DNA of 64,000 bases from the NCBI GenBank assembly GCA_040218735.1, contig JAVJQW010000047.1, positions 79,934-143,933 on the forward strand, given 5' to 3'. Position 1 is the first letter of the stretch; the number at the start of each line of letters is the position of its first letter. Positions 20,484-29,117 of this stretch are shown here, one piece after another. Source of the stretch: Deltaproteobacteria bacterium. GTDB lineage: Bacteria > Myxococcota > Kuafuiibacteriia > Kuafuiibacteriales > Kuafuiibacteriaceae. The notes under the pieces are model-generated. The model saw only the letters and a list, made by a program, of their open reading frames with translations. It searched no databases and was not told where the DNA came from. The position numbers and the translations under genes are program-made.

Positions 20484-20556
20484 CCGCGGCGCGGACCTTA
20501 ACCCAGGATGCCCCCGTGCCCCCACCCCGGTGGGACGGTCGGGGCGGCCGTTCACT

Positions 20557-21963
20557 TCATTCGTCGGCGAGCGCGGCCGAGATCGCGGCGGTATGGACCA
20601 CGCGGACCGCCACGCCGTGCTCGGCTGCGAGGCGTGCGACGTCGTCGTACTCGGGCGCGACGAGCGGCAAACCGCGACGCGGCGAGACCTTCACGCGCAC
20701 GGCGCCGTACGGGGTGTCGACCGACTTCACGGTGCGCGGCGCCAGGTGTCGCTGCACTTCGTAGGCGCGAACGCCCAGCGTCGTGCTGTGTTCGAGGAAC
20801 GCTTCGACGATCGCGTCCTGCTCCGCACGCCGGACGAGCGCGTGCACCGTGACGCCGGCGCGGCCCTTCTTCATGAAGGCGGTCGTGGTCCACACGTCGT
20901 AGGCGCCCGCCGCGAACAGCGCGGCCTCGAGCGGTGCGAAGTGTTCGGGCGACATGTCGTCGATGTTGGCTTCGACGACGAGGTCCTCCTGCGTGGTCGT
21001 CGCGGCGACGCGGGCCGTGCCGACGAGCGCACGTACGATGTTGGGGCGGTCGGGCCAGCTCTTGTGTCCGGCGCCCACGCCGACGGCCGTGATGGTCATC
21101 GACGGAATCGAACCCCAGCGATCGGCGAGCGCGGTGAGGAGCGCGGCGCCGGTCGGTGTCACGGTCTCGCCCTTCAGCGATGTCTCGGTGGTCGGGCAGC
21201 CCCGGAGGAGGTGGAGCGTCGCGGGGCCGGGGAGCGGAATGGGCCCGTGCGCGCCGCGCGTCAGGCCGCGACCGAGCGGCGCGGGCGACACGACGACCTC
21301 GTCGACCTCGAGCGCGGCGAACGCGGTGGCCGCGCCGACGATGTCGGCGATGGCGTCGTCGGCGCCGACCTCGTGGAACTCGACTTCATCGATCGGGACG
21401 CCGTGGGCCTCGGACTCCGCTTCGGCGAGGCGGCGGAACGCGTCGAGCGCGATCGACTTCGCGCGTTCGTCGAGCTCGGCCTTCGTGATCTGCTTCTTGA
21501 TGTCGCGGTACGGCCGGTGGTGCGCGTGGTCGTGGTGCGCCGAGGTCACCGGCGGGGTCGGCACCGCGCCGTGGCGAACGGTCGTCGCGGGCCCGTCGGC
21601 GTTCTGCGCGACGGCGGCGTCGCCCTTGGCGCGCGATGGCCCGGGATCGAAGTGCGGCGGGTGGTGATGGTGATGGTGGGCGTCGTGGGGATCGGACGTG
21701 CGATCCGCCGTGTGGATGTGCGGCGCCCCTTCGGCCGCGTGGCTGTCACCGAGCACGCCGTCGATGTAGACCTCGATCTGTTTCGCGCGAAGGCCGGCCG
21801 GGTGGACCTCGTTCTCCTGGAGCGTGACGTTCTCGAGGCCCATCGCGTCGATGGCGGCGCGCACACCTTCGATGGGGGCCCCGGCGTCGACGAGGGCGGA
21901 GAGGAGCATGTCCCCGGCGGCGCCGCCGACGAGGTCGAGGAAGAGGACGCGGCGTTCGCTCAT
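20557..21963 (-). CDS. larC: nickel-pincer cofactor Ni insertase LarC
   Basis: G.AGDM.L.AL, His-rich linker, FHEVG..D, TPTGAA, N.DD, MKK.R and PEYDD motifs. Confidence 0.92.
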   Translation of the reverse strand: MSERRVLFLDLVGGAAGDMLLSALVDAGAPIEGVRAAIDAMGLENVTLQENEVHPAGLRAKQIEVYIDGVLGDSHAAEGAPHIHTADRTSDPHDAHHHHHHPPHFDPGPSRAKGDAAVAQNADGPATTVRHGAVPTPPVTSAHHDHAHHRPYRDIKKQITKAELDERAKSIALDAFRRLAEAESEAHGVPIDEVEFHEVGADDAIADIVGAATAFAALEVDEVVVSPAPLGRGLTRGAHGPIPLPGPATLHLLRGCPTTETSLKGETVTPTGAALLTALADRWGSIPSMTITAVGVGAGHKSWPDRPNIVRALVGTARVAATTTQEDLVVEANIDDMSPEHFAPLEAALFAAGAYDVWTTTAFMKKGRAGVTVHALVRRAEQDAIVEAFLEHSTTLGVRAYEVQRHLAPRTVKSVDTPYGAVRVKVSPRRGLPLVAPEYDDVARLAAEHGVAVRVVHTAAISAALADE

Positions 21964-22733
21964 TTGTCGGTCCTGCGGCGGTTGATCAGCGACGCGGCGT
22001 AGCCGGCGCCGAAGCCGTTGTCGATGTTCACGACGGTGATGCCCGCGCTGCAGCTCGAAAGCATGCCGAGGAGCGCGGCGATGCCGCCGAGGCTCGCGCC
22101 GAAGCCGACGCTGGTCGGGACGGCGATGACGGGGCGCGAGATCATGCCCTTCACGACGCTCGGGAGCGCCCCCTCCATGCCCGCGACGACGATGACGACC
22201 TCGGCGTCTTCGAGACGCTCGCGCGTGGGGAGGAGCCGGTGCAGACCCGCGACGCCGACGTCGGTGATGCGCTCGACGACGTTGCCGAGGAGGTGCGCGG
22301 TCTGGGCCGCCTCCTCGGCGACGGGGAGGTCGGAGGTGCCGGCGGCGACGACGAGGATCTTTCCGCGGCCGGCGTCGGCCATCGCTTCGCCGACGACGAA
22401 CAGACGCGACGTCGGGTCGTACTTCAGGTCCGCGCGGTGCTCGGGGGCGAGGAGGGACTCGGCGGTCTCGGCCTTTGCGGTGTCGACGCGCGTGACGATC
22501 GCGGTCTGGCCGTTCTTTCGAATGGAATCGACGATGTGGGCGATCTGCTCCGGGGTCTTGCCCGGGCCGTAGACGACCTCGGGGTAGCCCGTGCGTACGT
22601 GCCGGTGGTGGTCGATGCGCGCGAAGCCGAGGTCCTCGAAGGGGAGGCGCGACAGGCGCGTGCTCGCATCGTCGACGGACACATCACCGGCTTTGACGGC
22701 GGTGAGGAGCTTCGTCAGGTCCTCGGGGCTCAT
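21960..22733 (-). CDS. larB: nickel-pincer cofactor biosynthesis carboxylase LarB
   Basis: AGTSDLPVAEEA, DVGVAGLHRL, AGMEGALPSV and VVNIDNGFGA motifs. Confidence 0.93.
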   Translation of the reverse strand: MSPEDLTKLLTAVKAGDVSVDDASTRLSRLPFEDLGFARIDHHRHVRTGYPEVVYGPGKTPEQIAHIVDSIRKNGQTAIVTRVDTAKAETAESLLAPEHRADLKYDPTSRLFVVGEAMADAGRGKILVVAAGTSDLPVAEEAAQTAHLLGNVVERITDVGVAGLHRLLPTRERLEDAEVVIVVAGMEGALPSVVKGMISRPVIAVPTSVGFGASLGGIAALLGMLSSCSAGITVVNIDNGFGAGYAASLINRRRTDK

Positions 22734-22758
22734 GGCCGGAACATAGAGGAAGCGGCGC

Positions 22759-23124
22759 TCAGGTCGATAGTAGTTCTTCGATCTCGGCGAGCAGCTCTTC
22801 GGCCTCGACGGGCTTTCCCACGATGCAGGTCAGCCCGATCCGGAGCGCCTCGGCCTGAACGCTAGGCTGGAGGAGCCCGGTGACCGCGATGATCCGAGCC
22901 TCGGGATCGATCTCGAGGATCCGCTGCGCGGCTTCGGTTCCACTGAGGAACGGGAGGACGAGATCGAGCGTGACGATGTCGGGCCGCAGGACTTCGAACT
23001 GCTCGACGGCCTCGAGCCCGGTCGCGGCGACACCGGCGATCTGATGCCCGCCCTTGATCAGGAGATCGCAGACGACCTGACGCTCGTAGATCGAGTCGTC
23101 GACGACGAGCACCCGCACCCCCAT
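22759..23124 (-). CDS. single-domain CheY-like response regulator
   Basis: VLVVDD, D..TLD, T and KP receiver motifs. Confidence 0.85.
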   Translation of the reverse strand: MGVRVLVVDDSIYERQVVCDLLIKGGHQIAGVAATGLEAVEQFEVLRPDIVTLDLVLPFLSGTEAAQRILEIDPEARIIAVTGLLQPSVQAEALRIGLTCIVGKPVEAEELLAEIEELLST

Positions 23125-23173
23125 CGGCTGCGCAGCCTCGCACTTCGAGGGGGGCGGCGTCGAGTTGGTGATG

Positions 23174-23752
23174 TCAGTGCGCGACGACGGAGTACGCGAG
23201 GTTGGACAGCTCGAAGAGACCGTCGAGGCGCCAGACCGTGCCGGGCGCGAGGCCATCGATTCCCATCGCACCGTCTGCAGCGGTTGCGACGTCGAAGCGC
23301 ACGCCGGCCAGCTCGATGGGCCGGATCGCTCGCGGGGCGCCGCTGCGGTCGAGGACCGACCAGCGAATCGTGAGATCGGCGAGACCTTCACCGGCAGGCA
23401 CGAAGGTGAGCCGCGGGTCGACGATGTCGAGGCCGCGGGGCGGGAGGAGCTCGGCGCCGATGTGGATGTCGGCGAGCTCGAGCTCCACGCGCTCGACGGC
23501 GTCGTCGACGAGGTGGATCGCGCCGCCCCGAACGCTCAGCTCCGGCTCGGCGCTGCGCTCGCCGTCCGTGGCTTCGAGCGTCAGCCAGGAGCCCGCGGCG
23601 TCTACCGCGAGGGCGCGAACGACCGGAGCCTTCGGAGCCGGCGGCGTCACCGGCGCCTCGGGCGTGAGCGGCGGCGGGGTGGGGACGGGCGCCTCGGGAC
23701 CGCACGCGGCCAGCGAGGCGAGGAGCAGCAGAGGGCGTACACGGTCGCACAT
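23174..23752 (-). CDS. hypothetical lipoprotein
   Basis: Lipobox LAAC followed by a Pro-rich linker. Confidence 0.55.
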   Translation of the reverse strand: MCDRVRPLLLLASLAACGPEAPVPTPPPLTPEAPVTPPAPKAPVVRALAVDAAGSWLTLEATDGERSAEPELSVRGGAIHLVDDAVERVELELADIHIGAELLPPRGLDIVDPRLTFVPAGEGLADLTIRWSVLDRSGAPRAIRPIELAGVRFDVATAADGAMGIDGLAPGTVWRLDGLFELSNLAYSVVAH

Positions 23753-23814
23753 GAGTCGGCGGGTACACCCGCCAACACAGCGCGTCAATCATTTCCGACC
23801 TATTCGTCGGATTT

Positions 23815-24834
23815 TCAACTACTGGGTCGGTAGTGCTCGAATCCCGAAGGGAGCTCGATGACCTCGCCGCTCGGGAGGCGGACCTCGATGTCGGGTCGCG
23901 CGGTCACGACGCCGACGCGCGCGACGGGGGTCCCGGCGTTGGCGCAGAGCTGGGCGATCTGTTCTTCGGCGTTCGGGTCTGCGGTGAAGAGGAGCTCGTA
24001 GTCCTCGCCGCCGGCGAGCGCGATCGGGATGGGGTCGCGTTGGGTGGCGTCGGCGTAGCTCGCGAGCGCCTCGGAGACGGGGATCGCGCCGCCTTCGATT
24101 CGGGCGCCGAGGCCCTCGGGCTCGAGGAGGCGGCGGAGGTCGCGGGAGAATCCGTCGGACACGTCGCACATCGCGTGCGCGAGCTGGGTCTCGCCGAGCT
24201 TGCGACCGGCGCGGGGGCGGACGACCGGATCGATCAGCGCGCTGAACAACGGGTACCGCGGATCGTCGTGCTCGGGAGGCGGGCCCGCCCGGGCGACCTC
24301 GAGTCCGGCGCGGGCGTCGCCGAGGTGTCCGGTCACGTAGATGGCGTCGCCCACGAGGGTGCCGCGGCGGCGGACGAGCTGCGACGGCTCGGCGCGACCG
24401 ATGAGCGTGATGGTGAGGACGATCGGTCCGTCGATGGTGGTGGTGTTGCCGCCGATGATCGCGACGCCGTTGGCCTTGCAGACGTCGCGGATGCCGAGCG
24501 CGATGCGCTTCGCGGTCTCGACGGTGGTGCTCGGAGGGATGCTGACGGCGAGCAGCGCGTAGCGCGAGGTCGCGCCCATCGCGGCGATGTCGGAGACGTT
24601 CACCGAGACGAGCTTCCGGCCCACGACGTTCGGGGGCGTGTACGCGAGGTCGAAGTGCACACCTTCGACCTGCGAGTCCGTCGTCACCACCGTGACGTAC
24701 TTCGGCTCCACGAAGTAGGCCGCGGCGTCGTCGCCGTTGGGCACGATGACCTTGCCGCCGAGGGATCCGGCTTCAATCGCGAAGAGCTCGATCAGGCCGT
24801 CTTCGCCGATGCTGTCGACCGTCGCTTCTGTCAC
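23815..24834 (-). CDS. thiL: thiamine-monophosphate kinase
   Basis: GDDAA, D..VEGVHF, N.SDIAAMG, GGNT, DVSDG and GGEDYELLFT motifs. Confidence 0.93.
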   Translation of the reverse strand: MTEATVDSIGEDGLIELFAIEAGSLGGKVIVPNGDDAAAYFVEPKYVTVVTTDSQVEGVHFDLAYTPPNVVGRKLVSVNVSDIAAMGATSRYALLAVSIPPSTTVETAKRIALGIRDVCKANGVAIIGGNTTTIDGPIVLTITLIGRAEPSQLVRRRGTLVGDAIYVTGHLGDARAGLEVARAGPPPEHDDPRYPLFSALIDPVVRPRAGRKLGETQLAHAMCDVSDGFSRDLRRLLEPEGLGARIEGGAIPVSEALASYADATQRDPIPIALAGGEDYELLFTADPNAEEQIAQLCANAGTPVARVGVVTARPDIEVRLPSGEVIELPSGFEHYRPSS

Positions 24835-24884
24835 GGGCGGGAGGTTAACAAATGCGCGCACGCGTTGCGGGGGTGCGCGACGGT

Positions 24885-27800
24885 TCAATGGCCCTCGTCC
24901 TGCGCTGGCGCGTTCTGCCAGTCCTTCCACCACTGCGCGTTGTCGGGGTGCTCCTCGACGAGCTTCGCCCACACCTCGTTCACGCGGACGAGCAGCGCCC
25001 GGTCGCTCCGTGCGCGCGCCAACGCGCCGGCCGCGTGGGCCCAGTCCGCCCGAGCCTGTCCGGCCTCGCGGTCGATGCCGAGGAGCTCCTCCCCTTCCTC
25101 GTGGGCCTGCGCGAACCAGTCGTCCGCTTCGTCGAAACGCCCCACCGCCTCGAGCGCACGCGCGTAGAGCAGCGAGACGCGCACCGCCATCGGCGCGCGG
25201 TCCGGGTAAGGCTTCGGTGCCCGCGCGTGGATCGCGACGGGCTCCAACAACACCAACGCGGCGGTGAGATCTCCGTTTGCGAGCGCGGCCGCGCCCAGAC
25301 GCCATGCGGTACGCGCGACGTCGTGGGTGAAGCCCTCCGGCTCGACCCGAGTCGTGATCGCGACCGACTCCATCGCGGCCTCGTGCGCGAGCCGCCGGCG
25401 GCCGTGCTCCACGAAGAGCTCGGCCTGCCGCAGCCGCACGTTGACGAGGTGTTGTTTGTACAGCTCGACGTCGCCGAAGCGCTCGATCGATCTGCGCGCC
25501 ATCGACTCGGCGATTTCGAGCGCCTTGGCCGCCTCGTCCACGTTCCCCGCGCCGGTGTGCACGTCCGCAAGATCCACCGCGCGCCACAGCTCGGCCCGGA
25601 GCATCCTGAGCCCGTCACCCTTCGTTCGGTGAAGATTGCAGCCGAGCGCGTGGTAGGCGATCGCCTCCGCGGTCTCGCCGAGCCGTCGGTGCAGACGGAC
25701 ACGCATCAACAACAAGTGCGACAGGCGCCGATCGTCGGCGCCCGCTCGCCGCGCAACTTCGGTTGCGCGATCCAACGCCGCGAGCCCCTTGGTCGTGTTG
25801 CCGAGGTCGCGGTGGTAGCGAACCAGATTCAGGAGCTGGTCCGTGTACGTCTGCGCGATCTCGGTGTCGGTGGTACGTGCGGCGTACAGCTTCGAGAACC
25901 GCTCGACCGAGTCCTCCACCGCGGCGCGGACCTGCGCGACGTCGGCGCGACCGATCCAGATGAACTCGTCGATGACGTCGGCGAGCCGAAGCATCGGCTC
26001 GCGATCCTCGGGCGCAGCATCGACCAGCGCGATCGCACGCCGGTACGCGTCGCGTATCAGGCGATTGGCCTCGTCCACTTCGCCGTGTTGATTCGCGAGG
26101 CTCGCGCGACGAACGATCGCGTCGACCTTCAGACCCTCCACACGATCCCCGTCGATCCCCTCGACGAGATCCGCGCTCGACTGCGCCAGCGTACGGCGGA
26201 TGTCCTCCCGATCCTCTGGGCTCGCGCCCGCCTCCGCGACCAAGCGCTTCGCGACGCGCATCGCGCGCTCCTCGACCTCGGCCTGCTGCGCGCGTTCCAC
26301 GACGACCCAGGTGAGGAGCGCCGCGACCCCCGACGCCACCGCCGCCAACATGACCGCGCGCCGCCGACGCTGCGACGCCGCCTCGTCCTCCGCGCGGCGG
26401 CGGGCCCGCTCCGACGCGGCGAGGTACGCGTGCGCAGCGTCCGAGGCATCCTCGGACGTGGACAGGTAGGCGAGCTGTCGGCCGCGCGCGAGCCCCTCGT
26501 CGGGGCGACCGGCGGCGGCCCACGCCACCGCGGCCGACTCGAGATCCTGCCGCGCGCGCAGCGTATGTCGCCGCTCCGCGAGCCACCCGCGGAGGCGCGG
26601 CCAATCCGTGCACAGGCGCTCGTGCGCGAGCTCGACGACCGGTGTGCTCCCTTCGACACGCCCCACGACGAGGCCGGCCGGTCCCGCCCCGAGCGCGTTC
26701 AACACCCGGCGCGCGAGGTCGTCTCCCCCCGCGAGGCGCTCCGCCTCCTCGCGGGGACGGAGGCGCCGCGTGACGGCGTCGCCGTCGAGATCCACGAGGC
26801 CGATCAGCACGCGCCTCGCGCGCCGCTCTCCCTCCTCGCCGAGGTCGTGGAGCACACGATCCGCGGCCTCGACGAACGCGACCGTCGGACCGCCCATCGC
26901 CTCGTAGTCCTCGACGGAACAGCGGCCGTCGCTGGTGGTCCAGAGGCGATGCAGCGCGTACGCGATCATCGGGAGCGACGCACCGCGCGCCGCCTCGGCG
27001 ACGAAGCGCGCGACCGTGTCCTCGGGGAGCGGCCACCCCGCGAGCAGCGCGGGTGCGGTGACCGCGCGACGCACGCCGTCGGTGCGGAGCGGGCCGAGCT
27101 CGAAGCGCTCCGCGTCGGCGTTCATCCGCTCCGCAAAGCCCGGGACGAGCGCGAGGCGCCCGAGGAGATCGGAGCGCGCCGAGGTCACGAGCCAGGCCCC
27201 GTTCGCCTCGTCGAGGTACGCCGCAATCGCCGAGACGAATTCGCCGAGCCCCTCCGGCGCGCCGCCGAGTGTCACGACCTCTTCGAGCTGATCGATGACG
27301 AGGATCGTCGGTCGCCGCGCGAGGACCTCCCGCAGCGCGGCCACGGGATCGGCGCCCGGCCGGATCACCACCGGCGCGTCCGTCACCACGCCCAGCGCAC
27401 CGTGCGCGAGCAGCGGCAGCACCCCCGCCGCGACGAAGGACGACTTGCCGACTCCGCTCGGCCCCTCCACCGCGAGCCAGCGACGCCCCGACGCCGCGAG
27501 CCGCTCGAACGCGAGCGCGACCTCGGCGTCGCGACCGAAGAACGAAGAAGCGTCAGCCGCCGTGAACGCACGAAGGCCGGGGAACGGACACGCCGGTGCT
27601 GCGTCGTGGTTGCGCGCGGGGCGCTGCGACACCGCGCGCAGCGTACGCGCTACGACCAGCGCCGACTCCGGCCGTTCATCCGGCGCGATCGCGAGGCAGC
27701 GCCCGATCAGCTCGTCGAGCACGGGTGAGGCCTGGGGCCGCCGAGCGATCAGCCGCGCGGGACGCGGAGCTCCGGTGGGATCGACGTCGTCGGCGAAGGG

Positions 27801-28526
27801 GCGTGCACCGGTGAGGAGCTCGTAGGCGACGACGCCGAGCGCGAACACGTCGGTGCGCGCGTCCTGCGGCTCACCGCGCCACTGCTCCGGCGCCATGTAC
27901 CCGGGGGTGCCCGCGATGGGTGTCTGCAGCGCACGACCGAGGGAGTGCGCGAGGCCGAAGTCGAGCACCCGCGCGTGCCCCGCTTCGTCGACGAGGACGT
28001 TCTCGGGTTTGAGGTCGCGGTGAATCACGCCGCGCGCGTGTGCATAGGCGAGCGCCTCCGCCACATCTGCGAGCGCGGCGAGGATGCGATCCGCGGTCGC
28101 GACGGAGCGCAACGGAACACCGTCGACCCACTCGCTCACGATGTACGGCGTGCTGATCAGCTCCGCGCCCGAATCGTCGAGGGACTCGACCGCGGAGACG
28201 TCGTAGACCGTCACGGTCAGCGGGTGCCGAAGCGCAGCGGAGGTCTGCGCCTCCCGCGCGAAGTCCAACGCGACGCTCACCGGCACTCGGCTGAACCGGG
28301 CGCCGAAGGTCTGCGGCCCCATCAACTTGATGGCGACGTCGCGCTCCAGCCGAAGGTCGCGCGCGCGATACACGACGCCGAACCCGCCGCGTCCGATGAG
28401 CGCCTCGATCACGTAGCGTTCGTCCAACGTCCGCCCGGCGAGGCGTTCGATCACCCGCACCTGCGCGCGCTCCGCGAAGAAGTCGAGGAAGGCGTCCGGC
28501 AGCGCCTCTTCCTCGAGCGACGTCAC
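24885..28526 (-). CDS. Ser/Thr kinase fused to nSTAND1-type NTPase, TM helix and TPR-like region
   Basis: HRDLKPEN/DFG kinase; PFPGL..F...D...FFGR, GPSGVGKSS, IDQLEE and LAHE NTPase motifs. Confidence 0.85.
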   Translation of the reverse strand: MTSLEEEALPDAFLDFFAERAQVRVIERLAGRTLDERYVIEALIGRGGFGVVYRARDLRLERDVAIKLMGPQTFGARFSRVPVSVALDFAREAQTSAALRHPLTVTVYDVSAVESLDDSGAELISTPYIVSEWVDGVPLRSVATADRILAALADVAEALAYAHARGVIHRDLKPENVLVDEAGHARVLDFGLAHSLGRALQTPIAGTPGYMAPEQWRGEPQDARTDVFALGVVAYELLTGARPFADDVDPTGAPRPARLIARRPQASPVLDELIGRCLAIAPDERPESALVVARTLRAVSQRPARNHDAAPACPFPGLRAFTAADASSFFGRDAEVALAFERLAASGRRWLAVEGPSGVGKSSFVAAGVLPLLAHGALGVVTDAPVVIRPGADPVAALREVLARRPTILVIDQLEEVVTLGGAPEGLGEFVSAIAAYLDEANGAWLVTSARSDLLGRLALVPGFAERMNADAERFELGPLRTDGVRRAVTAPALLAGWPLPEDTVARFVAEAARGASLPMIAYALHRLWTTSDGRCSVEDYEAMGGPTVAFVEAADRVLHDLGEEGERRARRVLIGLVDLDGDAVTRRLRPREEAERLAGGDDLARRVLNALGAGPAGLVVGRVEGSTPVVELAHERLCTDWPRLRGWLAERRHTLRARQDLESAAVAWAAAGRPDEGLARGRQLAYLSTSEDASDAAHAYLAASERARRRAEDEAASQRRRRAVMLAAVASGVAALLTWVVVERAQQAEVEERAMRVAKRLVAEAGASPEDREDIRRTLAQSSADLVEGIDGDRVEGLKVDAIVRRASLANQHGEVDEANRLIRDAYRRAIALVDAAPEDREPMLRLADVIDEFIWIGRADVAQVRAAVEDSVERFSKLYAARTTDTEIAQTYTDQLLNLVRYHRDLGNTTKGLAALDRATEVARRAGADDRRLSHLLLMRVRLHRRLGETAEAIAYHALGCNLHRTKGDGLRMLRAELWRAVDLADVHTGAGNVDEAAKALEIAESMARRSIERFGDVELYKQHLVNVRLRQAELFVEHGRRRLAHEAAMESVAITTRVEPEGFTHDVARTAWRLGAAALANGDLTAALVLLEPVAIHARAPKPYPDRAPMAVRVSLLYARALEAVGRFDEADDWFAQAHEEGEELLGIDREAGQARADWAHAAGALARARSDRALLVRVNEVWAKLVEEHPDNAQWWKDWQNAPAQDEGH

Positions 28527-29080
28527 GGCGTCGAGAGGTCCTCGAGCCCCGAGGCCCGCGCGTGCTCGCGGAGGCGCTGCGTCAACCGCGAGAGTCGCTT
28601 CCGCACGGCGGCGGGCGTGACGGGCGCGTCGGGCGTCGAGAGGCGCTCCGCGATCTCGGGGTGCTGCAGCCCCTCCTGGAACCGGAGCACGAGGAGCGCG
28701 CCGTCTTCGTCTTCGAGCTGTTCGAGGATCGCGGCGACGCCCTCACGGAGGCGATGGATCCGATCCGACTCGCGGAGCTGCGTCGAAGGGCCGGGCCCCT
28801 CGCCGCCGAGCACCGACGCGTCCCGGGTGCGGAGCGCGACCTCGCGTTGGCTGATGCGCGCGCGTCGTTGGAGGAGGCGATGCGCTTCGTTGCGGGCGAT
28901 CTGGAAGACCCACGCGCGGAGGGAACGATCCGAGTCGCCGCGGTAGGTAGCGAAGCCGGTGAGGATGCGTTCGCTCGCGGCGGACCAGGCGTCGTCGACG
29001 TCGGCGTCGTCGCGGAGGAGCCGCCCGAGCCACGCCGTCACTTCGGCGCGGTGCCGCGTGATGACCTGGGCGCCGTCCAC
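28523..29080 (-). CDS. ECF sigma factor
   Basis: W.FQIARN region 2; LRF.EGL...EIA...AVRKRLSR region 4; GTGA overlap with the kinase gene. Confidence 0.8.
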   Translation of the reverse strand: MDGAQVITRHRAEVTAWLGRLLRDDADVDDAWSAASERILTGFATYRGDSDRSLRAWVFQIARNEAHRLLQRRARISQREVALRTRDASVLGGEGPGPSTQLRESDRIHRLREGVAAILEQLEDEDGALLVLRFQEGLQHPEIAERLSTPDAPVTPAAVRKRLSRLTQRLREHARASGLEDLSTP

Positions 29081-29117
29081 GCCCCGAATGTTGGCGCGGA
29101 CGGCGTTGGTGTCAACG

